A stretch of 64,000 nt of DNA from a virus. Positions 1 through 9,727 of the stretch are shown here, piece after piece (positions within the stretch are counted from its first letter, which is position 1; each line of letters begins with the position of its first letter). Where the stretch lies: the IMG/VR virus record IMGVR_UViG_3300010430_000004, positions 96,001 to 160,000 of that record; one strand, written 5' to 3'. Under the pieces are notes generated by a model, which was not told where the DNA came from, searched no databases, and saw only the letters and a program-made list of their open reading frames with translations. A program made the translations under genes and the position numbers.

Positions 1-2
1 TA

Positions 3-788
3 AGCAACGTACCATACAGATGGTTTTTGTCCGGCACAGCTGTACGTGGTGACGGTACTGGCAAGATGTTGAAGAGTGTAATAGGGCCACAAGTTTACAG
101 TTTTAACACTAAACAAGGCATAGAGGCTGGTATACTCTGTAATTTAGAATTTAAAATAGTAAAAATACTCACGGATAAGCCTGGAAAAACCTCAAAAGAC
201 CCTATGGTTGAGAAAAGAAATCATTTGCTTAGAAATACAAATGCTTCAAATTTTTATTCAAAAATGGCTAACTTATTGTATGAAAAGAAAAATCAGAAAA
301 CGTTGATATTAGTAGAAGAGATTGAGCAGATATGTATGCTTGCTAAAAAATTAAGAGTGCCCTTTACCTATGCCCATGGCAATACTGTTAAAAAGGCTGA
401 TCTTGAAAAACTTAACAAGAAACATGGAACCAATATTGAAAGCCGAACAAAAAATGATGAAAGAATTGACGCATTTAATAAGGGTGAATTTGGTGTTTTT
501 ATTGGAACCAGCTGTGTAAGTACTGGTACAAATTTTTTCGCCAATGCTCACACAATGAATTGGCAAGGTGGAGGCTCAGAAACTTCTACTAAGCAAGGAA
601 GTATTGGCAGATCAGTTAGACAACTGCACCTATCAGAGTATGCTCATTTACATGACCCTATTACTCTTAGAACTGTATGGGACTTGGATATTGTTGGAGT
701 AGAGAAAATGCAGAAACAGTTAATGCAACGAATAGAGTACTACGAAGAAACTGGTGAAACCTTAAAGTTTATAGAAGGAATTAAATAA
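3..788 (+). CDS. SF2 DNA helicase, UvsW-like, C-terminal part (5' truncated by window)
   Basis: Frame open from window start; motif III-like SGT, motif V-like IGTSCVSTGTN, motif VI QGSIGRSVR. Confidence 0.75.
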   Translation, partial: SNVPYRWFLSGTAVRGDGTGKMLKSVIGPQVYSFNTKQGIEAGILCNLEFKIVKILTDKPGKTSKDPMVEKRNHLLRNTNASNFYSKMANLLYEKKNQKTLILVEEIEQICMLAKKLRVPFTYAHGNTVKKADLEKLNKKHGTNIESRTKNDERIDAFNKGEFGVFIGTSCVSTGTNFFANAHTMNWQGGGSETSTKQGSIGRSVRQLHLSEYAHLHDPITLRTVWDLDIVGVEKMQKQLMQRIEYYEETGETLKFIEGIK

Positions 789-1840
789 TGGCATTTAAAA
801 GATTCGACGATTCTTTTTATAAACTAGCTAATCAAATAGCTGTAGTTCTTGAAAGAAACAAAGATCCCAAATACGATGGTATGAAGGATTGGGAAATTCA
901 AAAAGAGCAACTAGAAAATCTTATGAAATATGAAGACAAGTTCAAACAATCCATATACAGAAGCATTCAGACCAGAGAGATTTACAAAAAGTTTATCATA
1001 ACTACTGTTCAAAACAATATCCTTTCAGCTCGCCCTTTCTTTAGAGAGAAAGCCAAAGTATTTAGCGCCGAAATTACACCAGCTATTCGCGAAGGTGATT
1101 TTGAGGCTCTTAAGACTTTTAAAATCAATTATAAATTTATCCAATTTATTAGAGAAAACTGGAAAGGTAAGTTTCCAAATAAAGGCGAGCAATGGTACGA
1201 AAAGATTATGAAATCTAGGACATTGCTTATAGAAAACTCTCTACCTTTGGCTGTAAACATTGCTAAACGTTTCTATAAAAGCGTACCAGAAAGCCACATG
1301 GAGCTGCTAGACGCTATTAATATTTGTGTAGACGGACTTATTTCTGGAGTAGACAAGTATTCGGCTGAAGAGTATACTAAGGTTTTTAGAAGCGTATGTA
1401 TTGGTAGAATGAAAGGTGGAATGGTAGAAGACTACTCTCAAACTCTTATTCACTTCTACCCATCTGATAAGAAAATTCTTTATAAAATTAATATTCTAAG
1501 AAATAGAGAAAAAATTACAGATATTCACCATTTATGTGAAAGACTAAATGAAGTAATTAAAGAAGACCAAAAAGAAGGCAAGAACCTAAAAGTAGATACT
1601 GTAACTGTTCCAGAAATTATGAGACTGATGCATGGCTCTTCTACGTTTAGTGCCGATCAAGCAGCAAACGAAGATGAAGAGGGCAATGATATCAATATTT
1701 ATACCTATGCTGCTGATGACAAACCCACCCAAGAAGAAATGGTTGAGAAGGCTGATCTGCTTGGTAAGATCTTTGATTCTTGTGAAGATCTTGATATTTT
1801 AGAAATGAAGATATTAAAACTCAAAGGAATTTCAATATGA
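788..1840 (+). CDS. Sigma70-family RNA polymerase sigma factor lacking region 4.2
   Basis: Region 2 pattern LIENSLPLAVNIAKRF...LLDAINICVDGLISGVDKY...RMKGGM; region 3-like segment; ends at LEMKILKLKGISI, the start of region 4. Confidence 0.75.
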   Translation: MAFKRFDDSFYKLANQIAVVLERNKDPKYDGMKDWEIQKEQLENLMKYEDKFKQSIYRSIQTREIYKKFIITTVQNNILSARPFFREKAKVFSAEITPAIREGDFEALKTFKINYKFIQFIRENWKGKFPNKGEQWYEKIMKSRTLLIENSLPLAVNIAKRFYKSVPESHMELLDAINICVDGLISGVDKYSAEEYTKVFRSVCIGRMKGGMVEDYSQTLIHFYPSDKKILYKINILRNREKITDIHHLCERLNEVIKEDQKEGKNLKVDTVTVPEIMRLMHGSSTFSADQAANEDEEGNDINIYTYAADDKPTQEEMVEKADLLGKIFDSCEDLDILEMKILKLKGISI

Positions 1841-2139
1841 CAAGTATTAATCGTGTGTTTTGTGAAACTTATCAGAAAAAAGGCGTAGAAGTCAAAGCAA
1901 GCAAGGGCCTAGCTCTTGGTGGAGCTAAACAGAAGATTTCAGTGATCAAATTAGAGGTGTTGGTTCATTGTCAAATCTTTATGGGATCACAAGTATTAGA
2001 AATCGAGGCTGGACAAAAGCTTTTAGTAAAAGAAGAAGATCTTCATATAGGCGCTACTGGTGCTCAACAATTAAATATGGATGGAATTGAAGGTCCTTTT
2101 ATTATCATTGATCCTGCTTATATTTATGGTATAGAATAA
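1837..2139 (+). CDS. GroES/Cpn10-like co-chaperonin
   Basis: 100 aa; NRVF near N-terminus, mobile-loop-like KGLALGG, EAGQKLLV, C-terminal DG..FIII....IYGI. Confidence 0.5.
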   Translation: MTSINRVFCETYQKKGVEVKASKGLALGGAKQKISVIKLEVLVHCQIFMGSQVLEIEAGQKLLVKEEDLHIGATGAQQLNMDGIEGPFIIIDPAYIYGIE

Positions 2140-2399
2140 TGGATAAAAAGCTGAAAAGCAAGATTCAACAATCAATGCTTGAGCTGTATAACGAGGAAAC
2201 TTACAAAAACAAAAATAAACCTCTAACAGTAGATCAGATGCAAGTAATGCTTCCTTTATGGTGGAAAAAATTAGAGAGACAAGGATTAACTAAACCTCTT
2301 CAGAAAAGAAATTTTGGATACTCTAAATTTGTTGAGTCTTTTTTAAGAGTAAAACAGAGAGAAGAATTATTTAAGCATTTTAATATTAACTATAGGTAG
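2139..2399 (+). CDS. hypothetical protein
   Basis: ORF coupled to neighbours (TAATG overlap). Confidence 0.55.
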   Translation: MDKKLKSKIQQSMLELYNEETYKNKNKPLTVDQMQVMLPLWWKKLERQGLTKPLQKRNFGYSKFVESFLRVKQREELFKHFNINYR

Positions 2400-2401
2400 A
2401 T

Positions 2402-3391
2402 ATGTACATTATCATTGGCGACCCTCACATTACTAAAAGAAACCTTAAAGAAAGTAAAAAATTCTTTAAAGAGCTTTTTAATAAAATAGATTCAATGAAT
2501 GGAGTCGAGCCAGTAGATGTCATTTTCCTTGGTGATGGTCAACATACTCATGCTACTATTTCCATGGAAGTTTTAAATCTTTGGGACAAAATATTCAAAG
2601 CCCTTTCTAAGGCACCTAATACAAGAAGTGTAATTTATCTTGTAGGAAATCACGACATTTCTGGAGAGGTTTCTCGTGAAAGAGAAGAATCTTCTTTTAG
2701 TGTATTCAAAGACAAATATAGTAAAGTTATGATCATTGATAAGCCAATTATATTTGGAAACGTAGCTTATGTTCCATATACTTCTTCTGAAGAGTTGTTT
2801 GTTAAAGATTGTCAATATCTTTATGATAATGGTGCAGAAAATACTGTAATTTGTCATCAGACCTTTAACGGTGCTAAATTTGAAACTGGTATGTATGCTC
2901 CTGAAGGTTTTGATCATTCTAGAGTTCCACAGAAAAATATAATCAGTGGGCATATTCATAAAAGACAAGAATTTGAAAACGTCATATATCCTGGAACGTG
3001 GAGATGGATGACAAAAAGTGATGCTAACGATGATAAGGGTATTTTCTTTGCTGAAGAATTGGATATTGAAAAAATCGAACTAGAGTTTTCAAGCACAGAA
3101 AATGTATGTACTCCAATAAAAGAATATATTCACAATGAAGGCGAAAAAATGCCTGATCTTAATCCAGATCATAAAAACTACATGACTCTTGTAGGGACAG
3201 CTAAATGGGCGAATACTACTAAGAAGAAAATAAAAGATAATGCTATTATAAAAATACACACAACAGATAATAAAGCTAGACGTGTAGAAGTTTCAGAAAA
3301 CGTAACCATAGTAGAGTTTATTGAAAAGCACATGGATCTTGAAAAAGAAGTAACCAAGAAAGAAGTCATTCAGTATATAGGTGCGCTATGA
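2402..3391 (+). CDS. sbcD: SbcD/Mre11-like nuclease (T4 gp47-like)
   Basis: Metallophosphoesterase motifs GDPH, LGD, GNHD, HQ, GHIH, YPGT; SbcC partner nearby. Confidence 0.8.
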   Translation: MYIIIGDPHITKRNLKESKKFFKELFNKIDSMNGVEPVDVIFLGDGQHTHATISMEVLNLWDKIFKALSKAPNTRSVIYLVGNHDISGEVSREREESSFSVFKDKYSKVMIIDKPIIFGNVAYVPYTSSEELFVKDCQYLYDNGAENTVICHQTFNGAKFETGMYAPEGFDHSRVPQKNIISGHIHKRQEFENVIYPGTWRWMTKSDANDDKGIFFAEELDIEKIELEFSSTENVCTPIKEYIHNEGEKMPDLNPDHKNYMTLVGTAKWANTTKKKIKDNAIIKIHTTDNKARRVEVSENVTIVEFIEKHMDLEKEVTKKEVIQYIGAL

Positions 3392-3774
3392 GTACCCTAG
3401 CAATTATTGATGATCTTAGAAAAATGATGATTATGTCTGGCAAGATGAGTGATCTTCACTATGCTAACTTACAGGGTTGGGGTCAATTAGTGTTTTCTGA
3501 CTATGAATCTGTTGAAATTGAATATGATATTAAGACCACTGATCCTAAAAAATATAGAGAACTTACAGGACATTCTCTTAAATCTGTTGACGAAAAAGCA
3601 GCTTTTGGGTCTACAATCACTTATAGAGTAAAAACTAAAAAAGGCAAGAGAATTACAAAAAAACAGGCAGAAACTGCCCTAAATAGCCTTAAGCTGTGGA
3701 TAGGCCATTTATTTTGGTCAGATATCCAAGTCCAAATCTTTATTAATAAGAAGGAATACAAGGGTTTATCGTGA
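3388..3774 (+). CDS. hypothetical protein
   Basis: 128-aa ORF with overlapping start/stop codons on both sides. Confidence 0.55.
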   Translation: MSTLAIIDDLRKMMIMSGKMSDLHYANLQGWGQLVFSDYESVEIEYDIKTTDPKKYRELTGHSLKSVDEKAAFGSTITYRVKTKKGKRITKKQAETALNSLKLWIGHLFWSDIQVQIFINKKEYKGLS

Positions 3775-4418
3775 GTGAAGAAAATAAAGACATTGTAGAT
3801 GTTACTGAAATCAGCACTGATTTTACTTTTCAGGAAGAAACAGAGCTACAAAAATTTGTAGAAAAGGATATGCCTGGACTAACAAGCGTAACTGATGATA
3901 AGCTAACTCAGCTGTTTTCTATGTATATGAAGGGTAAAAGTTATACTGAAATTTCTCAGCATCTTAAAGTCAAAAAACCTGTCATTCTATGTCTAAGCAA
4001 ACAAAACGGCTGGTATGATAAAAAGGTAGAATATTACAATGCTATTCAGGCCAATATTCAGGATCGTTTATTACAGACTAAAATAGAGTCTACTAAATTC
4101 TTGGCAGATATTGTAGGCTATTACCATTCCACTATGGGTGCCAAGGTAGAACAAGCCCTTGCTGATGGAAAAAAGATTTCTGAGCTTATGGATAGCAAAG
4201 AGTTCGCTGTATACTTTAGAGCACTAGAGGCTCTTGAAAAAGGATCAGGCAAATCAGTAGATCCAGGTGGAAAAGGCCCAACTATCAACATTCATGGTGG
4301 AGCTAAAACTACAGTTTCTGAAGATGGAAAGACTCTAGAAATAGACACTTCCTCTGGAGAAGTAGGAGATATCCTCAAGTCCTTGGCTGAATTAACAAAG
4401 GCTAGAAAAAAAGACTAG
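3771..4418 (+). CDS. HTH protein, possibly terminase small subunit-like
   Basis: KGKSYTEISQHLKVKKPVI...QNGW helix-turn-helix followed by helical/coiled region. Confidence 0.4.
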   Translation: MSEENKDIVDVTEISTDFTFQEETELQKFVEKDMPGLTSVTDDKLTQLFSMYMKGKSYTEISQHLKVKKPVILCLSKQNGWYDKKVEYYNAIQANIQDRLLQTKIESTKFLADIVGYYHSTMGAKVEQALADGKKISELMDSKEFAVYFRALEALEKGSGKSVDPGGKGPTINIHGGAKTTVSEDGKTLEIDTSSGEVGDILKSLAELTKARKKD

Positions 4419-4444
4419 CATTTTTGCCAAAAATATGTTATACT
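4416..4444 (+). promoter_or_regulatory. Early sigma70-type promoter (TAGCAT-N17-TATACT, extended -10 TG)
   Basis: One of 10 copies of the motif with exact 17-bp spacer. Confidence 0.75.
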
Positions 4445-4450
4445 ATCTGT

Positions 4451-4795
4451 ATGAGATATTTATTTATACTTTTTATAGCATTACCATGCAACGCTGATAA
4501 TTCTAAAGAAGCCATTAGAACAGCAAGCAAGGCTTTTCTTAAAACCGATCAAGGAAAGACTATAAAGAAAAACGCCGAAAGCAAGACTAGATATATAATA
4601 GAGCGATACGTTGGTGAAAACAACGCAGCAATCGCTGGGGTTTTGGCAGATGTAGCCATAACTGGTCGGATAGATTCTGGAAAATTTAATACAAAAATAA
4701 AGCTTTTTGATAAAACCTATGTAAACCCTCATATAGTATATGATATTAACAATAGTGAGGCAAGTGGCCTCCTAACCATAGACATTAAATACTAA
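4451..4795 (+). CDS. Secreted hypothetical protein (probable leaderless start)
   Basis: ATG 7 nt after the -10; signal-peptide-like MRYLFILFIALPCNA. Confidence 0.55.
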   Translation: MRYLFILFIALPCNADNSKEAIRTASKAFLKTDQGKTIKKNAESKTRYIIERYVGENNAAIAGVLADVAITGRIDSGKFNTKIKLFDKTYVNPHIVYDINNSEASGLLTIDIKY

Positions 4796-4806
4796 TAGGA
4801 GGAAAA

Positions 4807-5721
4807 ATGTCAAAATTAGTTACACTTTTATTTGCATTTGCTCTGGCATTCAGTGCTAACGCAAAAACAAGTAAAGTTGCAAAGGTCAAATTGACCGTAG
4901 ATAACACTATTGCCTTAAATGGGCCAGTAATGGAAGATAGCGTACAAGCTGTCCAACTTAAAGCCAAAAAATTGGATGCCACACTAAAAAGTGGATACCC
5001 TATTTATCTTATCTTGAATACTCCAGGTGGATCTATTCAGGCTGGATTAGAGCTTATTGAGTTTATGCGTTCACTAAATCGTCCAGTACATACTGTGACT
5101 ATTTTTGCTGCTTCTATGGGTTTTCAAATCGCCCAACATCTTGGCAAACGTTATATCCTTAAGTATGGTGTTCTTATGAGCCACAAAGCTTCTGGTGGAT
5201 TCCGTGGAGAATTTCCTGGACAATTAGATAACCGTAGAAATTTCTGGGGTCGTCGATTATATGAAATGGACGCTGTAACTGTTAAGCGTACTCGTGGTAA
5301 ACAAACAATGAAAACTTATCGTACTGCTTATGAAAATGAGCTATGGGTTGGTGGAGCAGATAGTAGAAAACTAGGATACGCTGATCAAGTTGTTCGCATG
5401 AGCTGTTCAAAAGAACTTTCTGATAGCCGTGATAAATTGGAAGTTTATTCTTTCTTTGGTAAATTTAACCTAGAATTTTCTGGTTGCCCTACTATTACAG
5501 GACCAACTGCTGTTACTGCAATGATTCGTACAACTGAAGGTTTAATGAGCATGGAAGATTTCAACAAAAAGGGTGGAGTTTATCCTAATGAAATCGGAAA
5601 AGACACCTATGCACCACTTAAAGCATTATCTCCCAAAGTTACTCAAGAGCTTATCCTTGACGAACTTAAAAAGCACCAATACAAGTTTCTTAACAGAGAC
5701 GCTGTTATTCGGAGTTACTAA
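4807..5721 (+). CDS. ClpP-like serine protease with N-terminal signal peptide
   Basis: LNTPGGS, catalytic Ser in AASMG, His in LMSHKA; N-terminus MSKLVTLLFAFALAFSANA; strong SD GGAGG. Confidence 0.75.
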   Translation: MSKLVTLLFAFALAFSANAKTSKVAKVKLTVDNTIALNGPVMEDSVQAVQLKAKKLDATLKSGYPIYLILNTPGGSIQAGLELIEFMRSLNRPVHTVTIFAASMGFQIAQHLGKRYILKYGVLMSHKASGGFRGEFPGQLDNRRNFWGRRLYEMDAVTVKRTRGKQTMKTYRTAYENELWVGGADSRKLGYADQVVRMSCSKELSDSRDKLEVYSFFGKFNLEFSGCPTITGPTAVTAMIRTTEGLMSMEDFNKKGGVYPNEIGKDTYAPLKALSPKVTQELILDELKKHQYKFLNRDAVIRSY

Positions 5722-5981
5722 TGCCTAGAATTGAATACTCTTGCACTAATAAAAAATGTAAGAAGTCATTCAAGAAGTTTTTCTCAAAAGCTTCCTCTAT
5801 AGTTGAAAAAACAGAATGTAAATTCTGTAAAGAGGAAGCCAAGAGAATACTAAGTGCGCCTAGCACTAAAAGCACAATGATAGTTGACAATGGAGTGCAG
5901 GGTAGACAAACAGAAATCATGCACGATATTGTTGAAATGAATCAAGATCGAGACAAAAAAGGCTATAACAGGGGTGATTAA
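5721..5981 (+). CDS. FmdB-like zinc-ribbon protein
   Basis: MPRIEYSC..C...CKFC...RILSAP pattern. Confidence 0.65.
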   Translation: MPRIEYSCTNKKCKKSFKKFFSKASSIVEKTECKFCKEEAKRILSAPSTKSTMIVDNGVQGRQTEIMHDIVEMNQDRDKKGYNRGD

Positions 5982-8014
5982 TGCTTTACTTAAAAGGACT
6001 ATCTATTGAAGGCTTCAGGTCTATCAGAGACAAGCAAGAGATAGATATAAATGCCTTAGGTAGAGCAACCCGAATAGCTGGGGTAAACAATGACACTGGA
6101 GGAGACTCTGGAGCAGGAAAGACTTCAGTAGCTGAAGCAATAGATTATCTTTTTAATGTCTCAAGTATTCCAGCTACAGTGCTAAAGTGCAGAGAATCAA
6201 CTGGTCCTATAGAAATTTGTGGGACCTTTCTTAATGAAAAATCTGAAGAAATTGTAATTAAAAGAAACAGCAAAGATGGTGTTTCAGTTAGCATCAACAA
6301 TGAGCTAGTTGAAGGTTTGTCTACTATTGTTGAAGAAAAGATTGATGAATTGATTTCTATTCCTAGAAAAATATTCAGAAAAATGTATCACAAGAAACAG
6401 AAAGAGTCTGGTTTTTTTCTTAAACTAACCCCTAAAGAGAGTTGGAACTTTTTAAACCAAGCCTGTGGTCTGGGTGAATGGCAGATTAAGCTAGAGAAAT
6501 TGGATATTCGCGTAAAGGAATTAAAAGATCTTTTATCTAAGAAAGAATACGAAATATCAGTAGACAAAGATTCTTTAAAAGACCTTGAAGAAAGAACCAA
6601 TTTTGTAGTACCTGAGAAACCTGTCTTAATTGATACCAAACATATTGAAAAAGAAATTAAGCAAATAGAAAGTACTGTTGAAAAGCTTATAGCTGAAAAA
6701 GATGAAACCATCTCTAAAATCCAGAAGCCGGAAAATGTGCCTACTGATTATGGCAGGCTTATTGAAAAGCTAGAAGAAGAGATAGGCAAACACGAAAATA
6801 GGCACCAAGACGTTTTAGATGAAGTAAATGCTAAATACAAAAAATTAAAAACTATTGTTGAATTTAAAGAAAAAGAATTAAATGACAAGAGATTCGCAGA
6901 ATCAAATGCCAATCATCTTAAAAAAGATATAAAAAAGAAAGTAACCGAACTCAAAATGCTTGGTGAAGAAGAATGTCCTACTTGTAATCAAGTATGGGTA
7001 GACCCTATTAAACAGGAAATTATTAACGAAAAGAAAACAGCATTAAAATCAGATAAAGCCACTTATGATAAATTAGTTAAAGAATCTGACGGACAAGAAG
7101 ATCTTGTTGAAAAAATAGCAAAAGGCAAGGCCAAACTAGAAGAGCTATCTGAGCCTGTAGTCAATAACGAGTTAGAGCATATAAACAAATATAAAGCAGC
7201 GATTAAAAAATACCAGGAAAAAATAAGCAAAGCCTCTTCAGAATATCAAACGGCCTACTCTGCATACTCTACTGAAATAGACAAAGCAAAGAATCACTTC
7301 AATGAGCTTATTGAATCTCAGAAATCCAAAGCCAGTTCTTTGGCCTCTCAGGTGCAGGAAAACGAGCTTAAGAAAGAATATTATGACAAAGCTGTTGAGA
7401 AAATAGAGTCAGATAAGGCCATTTTTGAAAATGCCAAACAAACCAGAAGAGATAAAATATTTGCTAAAGAAAAAGAACTAAGCGAATTAAACAAAGAAAT
7501 GGATCTAGCATACGAATCTAAGAAAGCCATCAGAAGCTATAACATGAAGGTTTTTCAAGAAACTTTAGATACTATAGCTTACAATGCCTCTAATATTCTA
7601 AATATGGTTCCAAATGCACAAAACTCAACAATAACTTTTGAGTCCTTTAAAGAGTTAAAGAACGGAAATATTAAGGAAGAAATTACAGCATTTATTAACA
7701 ATGGCAAGGGACAAAACGTAGATGTTAGATCGTTTTCTGGTGGAGAAGAAACATCTATTGATTTAGCCGTAGATCTAGCTGTTATTGACGTATTAGAGGA
7801 CAAATTCAACAAGGGTATAAATATCTTTCTTATGGATGAGCCCTTTAACGGCCTTGATGGGATATCTAAAGAAGGATATGTTGAAATACTTACTAATATT
7901 GATACCAATAAGAAACTAATAATCATGGACCATTCAGTAGAAGTTAAAGAAATGATTAGCGATACTATTATAGTAGAAAAATCAAACGATGTAAGCAGGA
8001 TTGTAAATGAGTAA
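5981..8014 (+). CDS. sbcC: SbcC/Rad50-like ATPase (T4 gp46-like)
   Basis: Walker A GDSGAGKTS, long coiled coil with CPTC zinc hook, signature FSGGE, Walker B FLMDEP. Confidence 0.85.
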   Translation: MLYLKGLSIEGFRSIRDKQEIDINALGRATRIAGVNNDTGGDSGAGKTSVAEAIDYLFNVSSIPATVLKCRESTGPIEICGTFLNEKSEEIVIKRNSKDGVSVSINNELVEGLSTIVEEKIDELISIPRKIFRKMYHKKQKESGFFLKLTPKESWNFLNQACGLGEWQIKLEKLDIRVKELKDLLSKKEYEISVDKDSLKDLEERTNFVVPEKPVLIDTKHIEKEIKQIESTVEKLIAEKDETISKIQKPENVPTDYGRLIEKLEEEIGKHENRHQDVLDEVNAKYKKLKTIVEFKEKELNDKRFAESNANHLKKDIKKKVTELKMLGEEECPTCNQVWVDPIKQEIINEKKTALKSDKATYDKLVKESDGQEDLVEKIAKGKAKLEELSEPVVNNELEHINKYKAAIKKYQEKISKASSEYQTAYSAYSTEIDKAKNHFNELIESQKSKASSLASQVQENELKKEYYDKAVEKIESDKAIFENAKQTRRDKIFAKEKELSELNKEMDLAYESKKAIRSYNMKVFQETLDTIAYNASNILNMVPNAQNSTITFESFKELKNGNIKEEITAFINNGKGQNVDVRSFSGGEETSIDLAVDLAVIDVLEDKFNKGINIFLMDEPFNGLDGISKEGYVEILTNIDTNKKLIIMDHSVEVKEMISDTIIVEKSNDVSRIVNE

Positions 8015-8513
8015 ATTTAAAGAAGTAGTTGATTATTTTAACTCTGAGAATAGAAACGCGTATTTCCTAACTAGAGATTTTTCCAAGCGTTTTGGTGGAA
8101 CACTAAATTCTTATTCTACATATAAGTGTTATCTCAGATCAGCAGGATATATAAGAAAAGTTGACACTGGACTTTACCAAAAAGTAAAAAATATACCAGA
8201 AAACATTACAGTTTCTAAATTATTAAACGAAGCCTATCCTAAAGAACCTAGATATTTTGGTCGTGCTCCCTTTATGGCCCCTATTAAACTTACTCCAGCT
8301 TTGATTGAAATATTTAATACAAAGAGAATGGAAATGCCTAGAACACAGATAGTTAAAAATCTTTGGGTGTATATTAAAAAGCACAATCTTCAAGATCCTA
8401 AAAACAAAAGAATTATTATTTGTGATGCAAAACTTAGAAAAGTAATGGGTAAATCAAGCATTTCAATGTTTGAAATGGTAAAAGCACTTAGTAACCACTT
8501 GGGATTCAAATGA
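8007..8513 (+). CDS. SWIB/MDM2-domain protein with N-terminal winged-helix-like region
   Basis: C-terminal PRTQIVKNLWVYIKKHNLQDPKNKRIIICDAKLRKV..ISMFEM...LSNHL is a typical SWIB domain. Confidence 0.85.
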   Translation: MSKFKEVVDYFNSENRNAYFLTRDFSKRFGGTLNSYSTYKCYLRSAGYIRKVDTGLYQKVKNIPENITVSKLLNEAYPKEPRYFGRAPFMAPIKLTPALIEIFNTKRMEMPRTQIVKNLWVYIKKHNLQDPKNKRIIICDAKLRKVMGKSSISMFEMVKALSNHLGFK

Positions 8514-8872
8514 GCAAATATGAAAACAACCAGAGAGAAGACGTTCTTCGTGACCTTAAAGAGGCACTGAATGACGCTGAAGATTTACCCAGAGAATATA
8601 GAGCTGAGAGAATTATGCAAGTTTTTGACAAGCACTTGTTACTAAACAAAATACCACTACAGATCAATCATTATGATATTACAGCTATGGTGTCCAATGC
8701 TAAAGGCAACATGATTAATATGCCTAGTTATGTAGAAATCTCTAAAAAACAAGTAGGACTTCATGAAGTTAGATTTGTTGCTATTTTACAGTCACTTATA
8801 GGATATTTAAATAGAAAAGACGCATTGAAGAGAATGCCAGAAATTGAATTTACTAAAAGAAGGCAAAAATGA
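8510..8872 (+). CDS. hypothetical protein
   Basis: 120-aa coupled ORF. Confidence 0.55.
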   Translation: MSKYENNQREDVLRDLKEALNDAEDLPREYRAERIMQVFDKHLLLNKIPLQINHYDITAMVSNAKGNMINMPSYVEISKKQVGLHEVRFVAILQSLIGYLNRKDALKRMPEIEFTKRRQK

Positions 8873-9207
8873 ATTTTATTCATATTTATTTTTATGTTTC
8901 TTGCGTAATAAGTGGAAATGATATAAATCACACAGATGCTTTTAGAAATATTAAAAGTGAGCATTTAAATATGTCACTTGAAAAACATGTGTGCTCTAGA
9001 AGAGAAGGTGTTTCTATATATATACCACCATCGAATGTCAAGCATTTAACTCCAGTTCTTATAAGAACTGCAAAGTTTACTGCTGCAAATTCGTATACTG
9101 ATCTCAATAAGGGAAGCAAATTAGAAACAGGCGCATCAGAAGGGTGCAAAATAACAACAAAAGAAAGAGTATACATTTCAGCAGTTAGCTGTAAAAGTTA
9201 CAATTAA
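8869..9207 (+). CDS. hypothetical, possibly secreted Cys-containing protein
   Basis: Coupled ORF with hydrophobic N-terminus. Confidence 0.45.
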   Translation: MNFIHIYFYVSCVISGNDINHTDAFRNIKSEHLNMSLEKHVCSRREGVSIYIPPSNVKHLTPVLIRTAKFTAANSYTDLNKGSKLETGASEGCKITTKERVYISAVSCKSYN

Positions 9208-9217
9208 GGAGAATATA

Positions 9218-9538
9218 ATGGGTAGAGGAAGAAGTGCAAAAAGTATTGAAGAAAAAATCAGTGAAGAATTGCCTGAGTTTTATGATAGTGTTCAATCAAT
9301 GAGCATTGAGCAATTAAAGGATCAGTTGGCTCGTGACGCTGGATATCGCGTAGAAAACCAAATAGCCAAAAAAGAAGATACTGAACTTAAAGCTGCTCGT
9401 GATCACGCCTCATTTCTGGCTGGCCCTTATAATGATGCTGAGAAAATGCTTAAACTTAAGGCTGAATTTGTTAAATCTCTTCTTGACGCTAAAGGTGGAT
9501 CAGTTGAGCAAAAAGACACAACCGAAAACGCATCTTAA
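9218..9538 (+). CDS. hypothetical helical protein
   Basis: Strong SD AAGGAG. Confidence 0.6.
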   Translation: MGRGRSAKSIEEKISEELPEFYDSVQSMSIEQLKDQLARDAGYRVENQIAKKEDTELKAARDHASFLAGPYNDAEKMLKLKAEFVKSLLDAKGGSVEQKDTTENAS

Positions 9539-9727
9539 TAAAGGTCTTCAGGAAAACATCAAAAAGAGTGGTGCTTTACCTGAAGATTTTGCTATGGTTA
9601 ACATAGCTGTTCGCTATGATCAGATGAGGTGCTTTATTGCTCACCTTAGAATGATTAATATTGACGTTGAGCTTCCTCCAAAAGTAGAAGCTCTTGTTAA
9701 GTTTTATGAAAACAAGGGAAAATCGGA

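Noticed and set aside
1800-1900. Frameshift or readthrough restoring sigma region 4
   Set aside because: The stop overlaps the start of a coherent GroES-like ORF and no slippery site or sigma4-like continuation was evident
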